Shown: piece after piece, positions 26,900-40,400 of the stretch
Numbering within the stretch: the first letter of the stretch is position 1
Layout of the letters: every line of letters starts with the position of its first letter
Source: Hamiltosporidium tvaerminnensis FI-OER-3-3
Lineage: Eukaryota > Fungi > Microsporidia
NCBI GenBank assembly: GCA_022605425.2
Contig: CM061252.1
Coordinates: 620,001 to 684,000, forward strand
DNA length: 64,000 bases
Direction of reading: 5' to 3'
Program-made: the position numbers and the translations under genes
The notes under the pieces: generated by a model
What the model was told of the DNA's origin: nothing
What the model saw: only the letters and a program-made list of their open reading frames with translations
Databases searched by the model: none

Positions 26900-27000
26900 T
26901 AACTAGGTCATAAGATAAGGGATTATCTCGACACTATACTCACATAAAAACCCAACTCTTTGGATAGTAGACAATACGGCTCGAGCTTTCAGTTTCAATA
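26900..27000 (-). mobile_element. Short remnant of the RLE non-LTR element
   Basis: AGGTCATAAGATAAGGGATTATCTCGACACTA...TTTCAGTTTCAA matches 34920-35015. Confidence 0.6.
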
Positions 27001-28228
27001 TTTTAAGTGAACCCTGGAAAAAATTCGGAATTCATTGCATTATCTTCTTTTTATTCATATCAAAAATGCATATTTCGGGTTTATGATCCAAAATTTGAAC
27101 ATCAGTTTTTATTTAATGTCCAGTATAATCTTTACATACTCATTTTCAAGAGTTTCTTTCACAAAATGATTCCTAATATGTTTTTTAAACTTAAATTTGT
27201 TTGTATATAAACGAGATATCTAAATATTCTATCATCGCCCCTTATATAGCCATGCACTATCATTTTTTCACAATTATTTACCATATTTTCCACTGAAATT
27301 AGACTGTTTCTAAAATTTTTGTACTCCTTCCGGCATATAAAATAAATTTCTATTATGATCTTACCCGAAAAAGTATAAGCATTTGACAAAATATTTTAGT
27401 TATGAACTCTTAGTTTTACAGATTCATAGATCAAAGTAAATAAATATTTAATTTAAATGGATTATTTTACTTCCTTCTTCTTTATTATATTTCTATCAAT
27501 GCCATGATAAGTGGTGAATTTAATATTCCATAAAAATATTAATGATTCTCAACAGATTTTCAAAACATCAATATTATTGATTCTAATTTCTATAAAAAAA
27601 TACATTAAAAATTATTTTGTAATCCATTTAAATTATCACATTTCCTACAGCCTATTATGATTCTATTCTAATATTTTTCTTTTAAAAATACATGACATTA
27701 TTATTAGTCTTCGTGTGAAAAAAAATTCAAATAAAAATATCATTTAAAATAAAATTTATTGGTAAATAAGTTATTAGAAAACAAAACTTGTTTTAATCGC
27801 AGAATTATTACACTTTTTATATAACTATATCTTATTAATAATATCTGTAGGACTAATACTTTTGAGTGAATCTTCACTTTTATAAATTATTACATACATG
27901 TGATCTAGTATATTATATTAAGAAAATAATAGTGTAATTAGAGAAATAAATCAATATATTAAAGAAATATTATAATGAACATAATTTTATTAGAAATACA
28001 AAAACACACAGAAGAAACAAAACATTATAAAGGAATAAAAAATATCATTTAACGAAAAATATTGTCATCGATAAAAATATAAAAAAATTCTAGAAAATAT
28101 TATTGCATAAAAAAATACGTCTTTAAAAAAAAAACTATTTTTTTTGCATGAATAGTAAATACAAACCAGAAAAAAATACAAACCAAAATAAAATAAGTCA
28201 TTAAAAACTCGTATCCTCCGCTTTAATT

Positions 28229-28471
28229 TTATAAGTCTTTATCCTCTTCCGTATAATCATCATCATTACTTGTATCAGAAGAGGTACTATAAGATCCAGT
28301 AGAAGTACCACTACTGCTTTCTAGCGTCCCATCATCACTCTCATACGAAGACTCACCCGAATATGATTCAGATGAAACACAAGAAGAAGATACATCAGAG
28401 CCTGATCCACTGGCACATTCATTTTCTTCATCATCTTTACGGTCAACTTGTTTTTTCTTTGTATTTACCAT
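28229..28471 (-). CDS. Small Ser/Asp/Glu-rich hypothetical protein (80 aa)
   Basis: GC-richer ORF. CCCCC lies just upstream of the ATG at 28471 (MVNTKKKQ). Confidence 0.65.
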   Translation of the reverse strand: MVNTKKKQVDRKDDEENECASGSGSDVSSSCVSSESYSGESSYESDDGTLESSSGTSTGSYSTSSDTSNDDDYTEEDKDL

Positions 28472-29396
28472 ATTATGGGGGAAAATAAAATTTTTTATAT
28501 AACGTAAAAAAGGGTGTAAGACTCGAAACATTGTATGAAAAAAAATAACAAATTGGATGAATTTTTTTACTTCTAAGAATAGTAATTCTTATATAAAATT
28601 GTATTTTATATATATTTTTAAAGGAAAATATGTTTTAGAAAATAAAATTTAAAATAATTTTAAAACGAAAAATCTGGAAATTAATGTCTCATTTTATAAG
28701 AAAATATGTTTTAGAAATAAGAATTTAAATATTTTTAGTGTTCAAACCCGGATATAAATGTATTCTTTTAATACAATACAAACTAAATGTAAAAGTAAAT
28801 TTACCAGCAATTACGCTATTTAAATACTTGATTTTTTATAAAATAAAAAACCAATTATTTAAATCCAAAATACAACAGAATGCATTATTTAAACTAGCAT
28901 TTCTGTAATATAATGCAACCTATTCATTTAATATTAAATCTACTGTCAAATGAACATCTAAACACTCATCTCGTACAGTCTATATAACCTAGAATACATA
29001 CATAATTTTGCCAATGAATTGCAGAACAAACTAGAAAAACAAATTTATAACTTCAAATATTCATTTTAGAATTTGTATTTTCTATAGATTTTACAGGTAA
29101 AAAATCATCGACAAACATGCTACAAGAAAACATAATTTACCATCTAATAATACTTTAAAATATTCAAACCATATATTTTTATGCTTTAACGAGAATAATA
29201 ATTAATATGTGTCTGAAATACTATAAAATACTTTTAGTCAATAAATATATCTAAAACAGATTAAATCAAATCTATCGCCAAGAAAATATTATTAATCAAA
29301 TCAATGTTAAGTAAACAAAATAATATATTTTATAAAAGATAACCAAACAAAGAATACCTATAATCCTATTTATAAATGTATTTATAGATTTTAAAA

Positions 29397-30123
29397 GGTG
29401 GAGGGAGGATAACCACATAAAAAACTTTCTGCTTGGCAATGAGTGTGTGAAACTGGTGTGAGATAATTGTTTGGATTTTTGGTGGGAATAAAACCACACT
29501 ACATCTTCGGTTGTTCCATGGGAGTTTGTATGAGGAGGAGAGGTCTAAGAAATGGTGAAACTTTTTCTACGAATTTATTTGTAGTTTTTTATGTAACCAG
29601 AGTGCAGACCGCAGCTGAACATGTAGGTAATCGCCATGTAAAAGCATGGAAACCTAGCCTTGCTCACTCGGGTTAGAAGACTTAGCGCCTGGGAGATATA
29701 AAAATAAAACCCATTAAAAGCCGGGAGAGCTAAGTAGCAGGTTATACCTGTTGGTATGACATTGCACTGTCTAGGTGGACCCCATGTAAATCTCTGAAAT
29801 ATATCTTAGCTAGAAGTTTATTGGGTTCAGAAAGTGTAGAGTAAGTGGGAATGCTGCATAGTCTTGGGGGAGCCCAGGGGGGGCTTCGGCCTTCGATCAC
29901 ACTCCATGCAACGGACATTAACGAACACCGGGCAACTGCCTCGCCTATTAATTAGGTTCTACACACCTGGTAGATGAAAGGCTTTGGGACGTAGGTATCG
30001 CAGGGGTTACTGATGGAGTGTTGGGGTAGCAGTTATTTATGTTAAACCTAGAACTGCGTTAATGTCATGAAAACAAATATAACACTTGCCACTATTGTAA
30101 AAAGATGTGATATTTCCAAATAA
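29397..30123 (+). mobile_element. ~720-bp non-coding SINE-like element (copy B) with 12-bp target-site duplication
   Basis: ATAGATTTTAAA at 29384-29395 and 30124-30135. AAATAA tail. No conserved ORF and no TIR. Confidence 0.75.
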
Positions 30124-30454
30124 ATAGATTTTAAATACCCTAACAAAACAACAAAATTACAAATAGAACGGGATGTTAATCTTTATTGTTAAAAAAATGT
30201 AACCAAAATAATATTCTTGGTATATTTTTGATTATTACTTTTTTTTTGATAATCATACAAAAACTATGAAAAATCAGTGTATATTTTTAAGAAAATTGAT
30301 CGAAGAAATATTCTTAAAGAAAGAAAAATAGAAAAAAAAAATTCTTAACTATAAATATTTTAAGGAATATAATTTAAGAATATAATTTAAGAATATCTTA
30401 ATAGAAATAGTTGAGGAAATTAGTTAAGAACCTAAATTAAATATTTTTTAAAAG

Positions 30455-31145
30455 TATCACATCTTTTTTAAAACAGTGGAAAGTGTTATATTTGTTTTCA
30501 TGACATTAACGCAGTTCTAGGTTTAACATAAATAACTCTTACCCTAACACTCCATCGGTATCCCCTACGATGCCTACATCTCAAAGCATTTTATCTACCA
30601 GGTTGTTAGAACTTAATTAATAGACGAGACAGATGCCCGGAATTCGTTAATGTCCGTTCCATGGTGTGTGATCGAAGGCCGAAGCCCCCTGGACTCCCCC
30701 AAGACTATGCGGTATTTCAATATATTCTACACTTTCCGAACCCAATAAATAAATTTCTAGCTAAGATAAATTTCAGAGACAAATGGGATCTACTGCAACG
30801 GTGCAAGGATGTACCAACAGGTATAACCTCCTACTTAGCTCTTCCGGCTTTTAATGGTTTTTATTTTTATATCTCCCAGGCGCTAGGTCTTCTAACCCGA
30901 GTGGGCAAGGGTAGGTTTTCCATGCTTTTACATGGCAATTACCTACATTTTCAGCTACGGTCTGCAATCTAGTTACATAAAAAACTACAAATAAATTTGT
31001 AGAAAAAGTTTCGCTATTTTGCAGGCCAATCCATCCCATGTAAAATTTCTTCGAACAACCGAAAAATTTGTCAGATTCACTTTTCGAAATCCAAACAACG
31101 ATCTCGAGCCAATTTAACACACTCATTACCAAGCAGAAGTTTTTA
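30455..31145 (-). repeat. ~700-bp repeat (copy C), tail-to-tail with copy B
   Basis: Reverse complement of copies A and B. Confidence 0.9.
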
Positions 31146-32687
31146 TTGTGTTTATTCACATTTCACTTTTGATTTAAAGATATGCTTAACTAATACCTTT
31201 TCCACTGACATTCTTACTATTTAATGTAGTATTAATAACTCATTTGATCCATTACTCAGCTTAAGAATAAACTCAAAAAGAAGTATTTTATTAAATTAAA
31301 ACTTATAAAAAAATATTGGTTTAAATAAGAAATCGATTCAAAAGCATTACTTTGGCTAGAAAAATATTTTTTAATTAATTTTGTGAAAATTAAACTGCTT
31401 GGATACAGAAAGAATAAAATACCGTATAAAAAGGTGCTGTAAATCAAAATTACTAATTTACAAAGGTATTGAACCACAGAAATCCTGGAATATAGAAATC
31501 TAGGGATTTAGAAATATACAAATACAGAAATATAGAAATACAAAAATATAAATCTAAATATACAGAAATAGAAATAAATTATAAAGACATAATACTTTAA
31601 CTCTACATTAGAAGGTGTTTTTTTACCTTTGAATGAATTATATTATTATTTTTCTCAAATGTTCCGTAACTAATATGATTAACAATCATAATACTCATCA
31701 TTATCAAAAAATATCAATGGGGTATCCATTATCTTCAAAAGTCTAATAAAATAACAGATACATTCAATTAATATAATTTGGGTGTATAAATATGATCATA
31801 ATTTAAAAAATTGATAGTATACCAAAGTATAACCTTTACCAACATTTCTGTCACATTGAAAGAATAAACTGCTTCCCAATATAACAGTAAAAAGACACCA
31901 ACAGCACATTTATATTTATTTAATAAACATAAGAATATATAGAAATATAAAAAAATATATAAGATAGCTTACAGTCTTATTATTCTTTGAATTCTTGATT
32001 TCACATAAGAAACAAATAAAAAGTATAAAATACTTGACAACATCATTAAAATTCTTATCATAACAAAAGAAACATAAGAAAAGGTATAAAATAGCTTACA
32101 ATCTTATTATTTTTTAAATCCCATATTAATACATATGAAATCCTTTAAAATTTACAAAGTAATAGAAAACCCATAAGAAATATTCCAATAAATATTTATT
32201 TATAAAATCAATCATCCTATCATCAATTAGAATAATACTAAATAATAAAGTATCACATTTCTTTATTTACCTATAATTATACAATAAAACCAGTAACACA
32301 CTACTACTCTATATTATCCCGTAAATCAACCAAACACACACATATATACTTCTTGGATACTATAAATCAGACACTTCAAACACCAAATAACTTAAATAGA
32401 ATATAAATAATTTAAAGAGAACATAATTGGTAAATTAACACAATAATATATAGTTACAACATTACCATACACAATAATAAACACAATAATATATCTACTC
32501 CTCAGTCATACATGCTTTATACAATAACTATTCATATAAAACAATAAGTAATTTAAGTAATATAGTAATATAAGTAATACAAGTGATACAAGTAAAATAA
32601 TTTCTTATAAGTAACTATTTTATTTAATATTTAGAATTATTTATACACAGCCTTAATATTATAAATACACATATTAGTAAGTATTAT

Positions 32688-32781
32688 ATTACTTACTATT
32701 TGTTATAAGTATCATTCATTATATTACTTACTATTTGTTATAAGTATCATTCATTATATTACTTACTATTTGTTATAAGTA
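32688..32781. repeat. 35-bp tandem repeat
   Basis: ATTACTTACTATTTGTTATAAGTATCATTCATTAT, about 2.7 copies. Confidence 0.8.
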
Positions 32782-32887
32782 TTTCTTATTTCTTTATTAC
32801 TTATTATTAATCATAATACTTACTTATTACTATATTACATAATATTAATCATAATACCTACTTTTAGATATTATAAGCATCATTCAT

Positions 32888-34343
32888 CTGCAATCAATCA
32901 ACATGCGATATCGTTAATCAACTATCACATAGGAGTACTTCGACTTGAACCGGCTGACTTCTCTAAGTTAGATGATGCAGTGCGTGCGGTGTTGGTGAAG
33001 AATAAGATACATCTTCGCCCAGGATGTAAAGAGCGTTTATACCTTCCTAGAACAGAACTGGGAAGAGGCTTGCATAGTGTTGAGGTGCGAAGTGAACATA
33101 TGCTTCTACAACTCTTGGATTGTCTGGAAAAAAATAAAGAAATATCAACCAAACGAGCAGCAATCCTCAAGGTGGAGAATAATAATAAAACCCATCTTGC
33201 ACTAATAAAAGGCTTCTTAAAAGTAAAGTACAGGTTGGTAGAAGAAGTCACTAAGAAAAGTTTAGAAGAAGCTCAACTTGCAAAACTATATAACGAAATA
33301 GAAAAACGAAAACTCCATTCAAAGTTATATAATGCAAGAAAAAATGGGCTCGTGAGTGTTAGTGACTCTTCAAGGTGGTTAAAGAGAGGAAATATTAGGC
33401 CACGAAATGAAGCTGTGTTCTGCTATATCCAGGATAGAAATGTATTCTGGGGAGCAGATGGTGTGTGTCAACATTGCGGGAAGTCTGGTAAGACTGTGGA
33501 TCATCTAGCTACTAGATGCGAAAAAATGCTAGGCCATGATTACACTAGACGGCATAATGAAGTGGTCAGATGCCTACACCTTCTTCTTCTAAATAGATAT
33601 AAGTTTAAGTCTTCAAAACGAATAAGGAGCCACTCAGTTCAAGAAATTCTTGATAATGAGTATGCAGAGATAAGAGTGGACATTAGAATTAAAACTGATG
33701 TTAAAATTCGGAATAACAGACCCGACATATATACTTTAGATAAGAAGAAGAATAAGATAATACTCATTGAAGTAGGAATCACTTCCCAAGATTCACTTCA
33801 AATATTTGAAACTGAAAAACTTAGGAAGTATGACCTGCTAGCCAATTTTTTGGGTCTTATTTATAGGTGTAGTGTTGAGATAATCCCTTATGTGATGACC
33901 TGGGACGGTATTGTGACAAAATACCATAAATCTCATCTTAAAAGACTAGAAATACCCATGAATGTAGAAGCATACATTCAGTCTATAGTACTTAAGAAAA
34001 CAGTCGAAACAATTTCCTTTGATCGACGAAGAGGACTTGAGTCAGGACTAAATGCCGAAGAGAGCTGGGAGAGAGCGTCAATGTGTGTTATTATGAGATC
34101 AGAGATGCATGAGGAACCAATACCCCCTTTAAAAGAAGCGAAAACAGAGGAAGATGGTGCCAAAAATTTTAAACCAAAATATAAAGCACCCCTTATTTCA
34201 CAAGGAGGAACCACTTTAGAGGAACCGACCAATAACATAAATGAAGAGTCGGATTTGGAAGAAGAGACAAAAGGGGTTAAAGAGGTAGAAGAAAACATAT
34301 AAAAATGTTAAAAAATATTTTAACCCAGAATTTTATTGGATAA
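32888..34343 (+). mobile_element. 5'-truncated non-LTR retrotransposon (RLE endonuclease type); ORF 32980-34302
   Basis: RLYLPR..GRGL, CQHC..H...C zinc knuckle, RHN and RPD...IEV nuclease motifs. Nearly identical to 43703-45150. Confidence 0.92.
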
Positions 34344-34478
34344 ATACTTTGTTATTTTAAATTCTATTATAGTTATTAAAGTAGTTTTATTACAAATACT
34401 TTGTTATTATTGTTATTAGAATGAGATAGTATGAGTACTTATTGTTAAGTGGTTATATTTATAATGAATGATGCTTAT

Positions 34479-35175
34479 TTATTTAATTAAATTCTGGGTT
34501 AAAATATTTTTTAACATTTTTATATGTTTTCTTCTACCTCTTTAACCCCTATTGTCTCTTCTTCCAAATCCGACTCTTACTTTATGTTATTGGTCGGTTC
34601 CTTTAGAGTGGTTCCTCCTTGTGAAATAAGGGGTGCTTTATTTTTTGGTTTAAAATTTTTTTCACCATCTTCCTCTCTCTTCTCTTCTTTTAAAGGGGGT
34701 ATTGGTTCCTCATGCACCTCTGATCTCATAATAACACCCATTGACGCTCTCTCCCAGCTCTCTTCGGCATTTAGTCCTGACTCAAGTCCTCTTCGTCGAT
34801 CAAAGGAAATAGTTTCGACTGTCTTTTTAAGTACTATAGACTGAATGTATGCTTCTACATTCATGGGTATTTCTAGTCTTTTAAGATGAGATTTATGGTA
34901 TTTTGTCACAATACCGTCCCAGGTCATCACATAAGGGATTATCTCAACACTACACCTATAAATAAGACCCAAAAAATTGGCTAGCAGGTCATACTTCCTA
35001 AGTTTTTCAGTTTCAAATATTTGAAGTGAATCTTGGGAAGTGATTCCTACTTCAATGAGTATTATCTTATTCTTCTTCTTATCTAAAGTATATATGTCGG
35101 GTCTGTTATTCCGAATTTTAACATCAGTTTTAATTCTAATGTCCACTCTTATCTCTGCATACTCATTATCAAGAA
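34479..35175 (-). mobile_element. Shorter 5'-truncated copy of the same element, inverted
   Basis: ORF 34577-35191 encodes the RPD/IEV nuclease part. Shares the AACCCAGAATT 3' end. Confidence 0.92.
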
Positions 35176-35735
35176 AATAACAAAGTATCATACTGAAACC
35201 ACTATAATAACAACTATAAATACAGTTAAATAAAGTACTTATAAGGCAAGAAATAAATTAAAAGTTATTATAATGAGTGTTAGTATTATATTTAGTAGTA
35301 GTAGTATTATAATGAGTGTTAGTGTTAGTATATATTAATATTTAGTAGAGTGTTTAATCTCTATACATATATACTTACTATAACATAATAAATATAATAC
35401 TACATACTATAATACTACATACTATAATCTACATACAACCCTACATCTTACTACAACCCTACTACTTACTACAACCCTACATACTATAACCCTAATAAAT
35501 ACAACCCTATTACTATACCTAAAACACTATTACATACCTAAAACCCTAATAAATACAACCCTATTACTATACCTAAAACCCTATTACTATACCTACAACT
35601 CTACTTTATCAATTTAATTTACATATCATTTCCTTAAAAGGTAAGTTTACTATAAATAGAAATTAATTTATCATTTTAATTTAAAACTGTAAAATATATT
35701 TTAAAATAAAGAAGTAAGTTAGTAGTATGTTATAG

Positions 35736-36335
35736 TAATATAAGAGTGTGTTATAGTATAGTAATTGGTATAGTGAAGTGATAATAGTATTATAATAAAA
35801 TATTAGTAATATAAGAGAGTGTTATAGTATAGTAATTGGTATAGTGAAGTGATAATAGTATTATAATAAAATATTAGTAATATAAGAGAGTGTTATAGTA
35901 TAGTAATTGGTATAGTAAAGTGATAATAGTATTATAATAAAATATTAGTAATATAAGAGTGTGTTATAGTATAGTAATTGGTATAGTGAAGTGATAATAG
36001 TATTATAATAAAATATTAGTAATATAAGAGTGTGTTATAGTATAGTAATTGGTATAGTAAAGTGATAATAGTATTATAATAAAATATTAGTAATATAAGA
36101 GTGTGTTATAGTATAGTAATTGGTATAGTGAAGTGATAATAGTATTATAATAAAATATTAGTAATATAAGAGTGTGTTATAGTATAGTAATTGGTATAGT
36201 AATTGATAATAGTATTATAATAAAATATTAGTAATATAAGAGTGTGTTATAATATAGTAATTGGTATAGTAATTGATAGTATAGTAATTGGTATAGTACT
36301 ATAAAGAGTAGTATTATAATAAAATATTAGTAATA
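35736..36335. repeat. 71-bp minisatellite, ~7-8 copies
   Basis: Unit TAATATAAGAGTGTGTTATAGTATAGTAATTGGTATAGTGAAGTGATAATAGTATTATAATAAAATATTAG. Confidence 0.92.
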
Positions 36336-36529
36336 TAAATATTAGTAGAAGTAGAAGAGTATAGTAATATTAGTAGTAGTAAAGGAGTAGTATAAGAGTA
36401 GTATAAAGAGTAGTATAGGGTTAGTAACAAGTATTATATTATTATACTTACTCTCTATAATTATTATATAAATAATAATTATATAACGCTATACTACTAT
36501 AATACTTATCCCTTTACTATACTCTTATT

Positions 36530-37025
36530 ATAATACTAATGCTAATACTATAATACTATAATACTATAATACTATAATACTATATTACTATTACTAATAC
36601 TATAATACTAATACTAATACTAATACTAATACTAATACTAATACTATAATACTAATACCAATACTAATACTAATACTATAATACTAATACTATAATACTA
36701 ATACTAATACTAATACTATAATACTAATACTAATACTAATACTAATACTATAATACTAATACTAATACTAATGCTAATACTAATGCTATTACTAATACTA
36801 ATACTAATACTATATTACTAATACTATATTACTAATACCAATACTAATACTAATACTAATACTATAATACTAATACTATAATACTAATACTAATACTAAT
36901 ACTAATACTAATACTAATACTAATACTAATACTAATACTAATACTAATACTAATACTAATACTAATACTATAATACTAATACTAATACTATAATACTATA
37001 ATACTATATTACTAATACCAATACT
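36530..37025. repeat. (TACTAA)n microsatellite with TACTATAA variants
   Basis: Directly visible. Confidence 0.95.
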
Positions 37026-37149
37026 ACTCCTTATCCCTTTAATATCCCTTTATTTCTATTTATAGTAATTAATTTAATTTTCTAAGAATAAATCATTTGT
37101 TCTATCAAATATAACAGGTAGTATTAGTAATATAAAGGAGTAGTAGTAT

Positions 37150-37220
37150 AAGGAGTAAAGGGGATAAGGAGTAAAAGGGATAAGGAGTAAAAGGGATAAG
37201 GAGTAAAAGGGATAAGGAGT
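37150..37220. repeat. 16-bp tandem repeat
   Basis: TAAGGAGTAAAAGGGA, about 4 copies. Confidence 0.85.
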
Positions 37221-37442
37221 ATACTAATATACCAATATACTAGTATACTAATATACTAATATACCAATATACTATCAATACCAATAACAATATACTAATA
37301 TACTAGTATACTACCAATAACAATATGATAATATACTATCAATAATACCCCTTTACTACTATACACCCTTTTTCTATAAAAGGTTAATATTTTAATTATA
37401 AAAATAAAAAATAACAAAAACACCCTTCACAAAGAAAAACAA

Positions 37443-40400
37443 ATGAAAGACATAAACAAGGAGATAAATAAAAGTAAAGATGATAAGGGTAATGAGGGTA
37501 GTAGAGATAAGATTAAAGAAGATAAGACTAAGGGTAAAGAAGATAGGAATAAAGAAGATAAGAATAAAGGTAATAGGAATAAAGAAGATAAGACTAAAGA
37601 AGATAAGACTAAGACTAAAGAAGATAAGACTAAGGGTAAAGAAGATAGGAATAAAGAAGATAAGACTAAAGAAGATAAGACTAAGGGTAAAGAAGATAGG
37701 AATAAAGAAGATAAGAATAAAGGTAATAGGAATAAAGGTAATAGGAATAAAGGTAATAGGAATAAAGAAGATAATACTATCACTAACAATACCTTTCACT
37801 CTAAATACTTTTCTATGTATAAAGACTCTCTTATTAACAAACAATCCTTCTTTAAAGAAAAAGCACTTAAACACCTTACGTGGCATATACCTTTTACACA
37901 GACATATAATGAAGAATTTAACACAGCTAATTCACAGTGGTTTATAGATGGTAAGATTAACGCATGTTATAACTGTGTAGACAGGCATTTAGTCAATGAT
38001 ACAGGTAAGGAGGGTGATATAGGTAAGGATAGTAGATTAGAGGGTGATATAGGTAAGGATACTAGTTATAAGGGTGTTAGTGATAAGGATAGTAGTTATA
38101 AGGGTGTTAATGATAAGGATAGTAGTTATAAGGGTGTTAATGATAAGGATACTAGTTATAAGGGTGTTAGTGATAAGGATAGTAACATGAAGGGTGTTAA
38201 TGATAAGGATACTAGTTATAAGGGTGTTAGTGATAAGGATAGTAACATGAAGGGTGTTAATGATAAGGATAGTAACATAAAGGGTGTTAATGATAAGGAT
38301 ACTAGTTATAAGGGTGTTAATGATAAGGATACTAGTTATAAGGGTGTTAGTGATAAGGATAGTAACATAAAGGGTGTTAATGATAAGGATAGTAACATAA
38401 AGGGTGTTAATGATAAGGATACTAGTTATAAGGGTGTTAATGATAAGGATACTAGTTATAAGGGTGTTAGTGATAAGGATAGTAACATAAAGGGTGTTAA
38501 TGATAAGGATAGTAACACAACAACAAAAACAACAAACAATACCAGTAATAAGTACGCTCTTATCTGTACTGATAATGATAATAGGGTTACTACTTATACT
38601 TATAAACAACTATACGATAACATAATACAAATATCTAATTATATAGATTCTTTATCATTACCAAGTAATACATCAATTACAGTATACATGCCTATGTCAC
38701 AATTACCTGTATTTGTAACATTAGCATGTGCTAGACTAGGAATAACACATAATGTAGTATTTGGAGGATATTCAGCTGAAAGTTTAGCTTTACGTATTTC
38801 TGATTCTAATTCATCTTTACTTGTTAGTATTGATAAGACGCGTAGAGGAACACATAGTATAGATTTTCTTAAAAATATTAGAGTAGCACTTGATATTCTT
38901 AAGAAGGAAGGAAATACAACTTTAAAGCATGTTCTTATATTTGACAGTGGAGAGGGTGGTATTGAGGGTGATGTTATAGAGGGTTGTAATAGAGTGGATG
39001 GTATTAAGGATATAAGTAATAGGGATATAAGTAATAAGGATATAAGCAATAAGGATATAAGTAATAGGGATATAAGTAATAGGGATAGTATTAAGGATAT
39101 AAGCAATAAGGATATAAGCAATAAGGATATAAGTAATACTAAAGATACTAACAACCTTACACCTAATACTAACCCTACAACTAACAATACTAACCCTACA
39201 ACTAATAATACTAACCCTACAACTAATAATCACATTAGTGTTGCTTACTGGTCATCTATACCTAAGAATAATAAACATATACCTTGTGTACCTGTTAGTT
39301 CTGAACATCCTTTATTCTATTTATATACAAGTGGTTCTACAGGTAAACCTAAGGGTATAATACATTCTACAGGTGGTTATCTATTATATGTATTACTAAC
39401 AACAAAATACTGTTTTAATGTAAATAAATCTGATATTTTTATGTGTACAGCTGATATAGGATGGATAACAGGACATTCATATGCTATGTATGGACCTTTA
39501 CTGTTAGGATGTACTACTGTGTTATATAATGGGTTACCTATATATCCTAGTGAGTATAGAATGTTTAATATTATTGAGAAGTATAAGGTTACACATTTTT
39601 ATACTGCACCTACTGTTATAAGGATATTACAAAGGGTTTTTAATAATGGGGGGAGTGTTAGTGGGGTAGAGGGTAGTAAGGGTGTTAGTGATAAGTTGGA
39701 GGGTAAGGATGTGTTGAAGGGTGTGTGCAGTAATGATAGTGTTATAGGGAGTGTTAGTACAAGTGAGAGTAGTATAGGGAGTGTTAAGGGTAATGATAGT
39801 GTTATAGGGAGTGTTAGTACAAGTGAGAGTAGTATAGGGAGTATAAGTAGTGTTAATATAAGTGCTAATGAGCAACAGGGTGTTAACACTAACACATTCA
39901 AGCAAGACCCTGTTACTAACAGTACTAATGATTATCACCCTGTTAATACTAACACTAATGAACAACACCCTGTTACTAATACACAACCCTCTTGCATAGA
40001 TGACTTTGATCTCTCTAGCTTACGTGTGTTGGGTACTGTGGGTGAACCTATAAATACCAATGCTTATAAGTGGTTTAGTAGGTACTTTGGTAGAGACAAG
40101 TTACCTATTATAGATACTTACTGGCAGACAGAAGCAGGAGGTGTTATGATTAGTCCTATAGTAAATGTAAGTACTAACATACCAGAGTGTGCTGGTATAC
40201 CTTTTCTAGGTATGGAACCTATGATAATAAAGAGTAACAGTAGTAAAGAAAAGATAGTACAAGCAGGGATAGGAGAGATGGGTGCATTGGTATTTAAAGG
40301 GGGATGGCCTGGTATAGCAAGAGGAATAGTAAAAGACAAATCTAGATTTGAAGAGTCATATTTCAATAAATATAAAGGGTATTATTATACAGGAGATGAA

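Noticed and set aside
29296-31159. Short ORFs within the ~700-bp repeat
   Set aside because: The frames are not conserved among copies.
36530-37025. True telomere
   Set aside because: Internal position, and the unit is TTAGTA rather than TTAGG(G).
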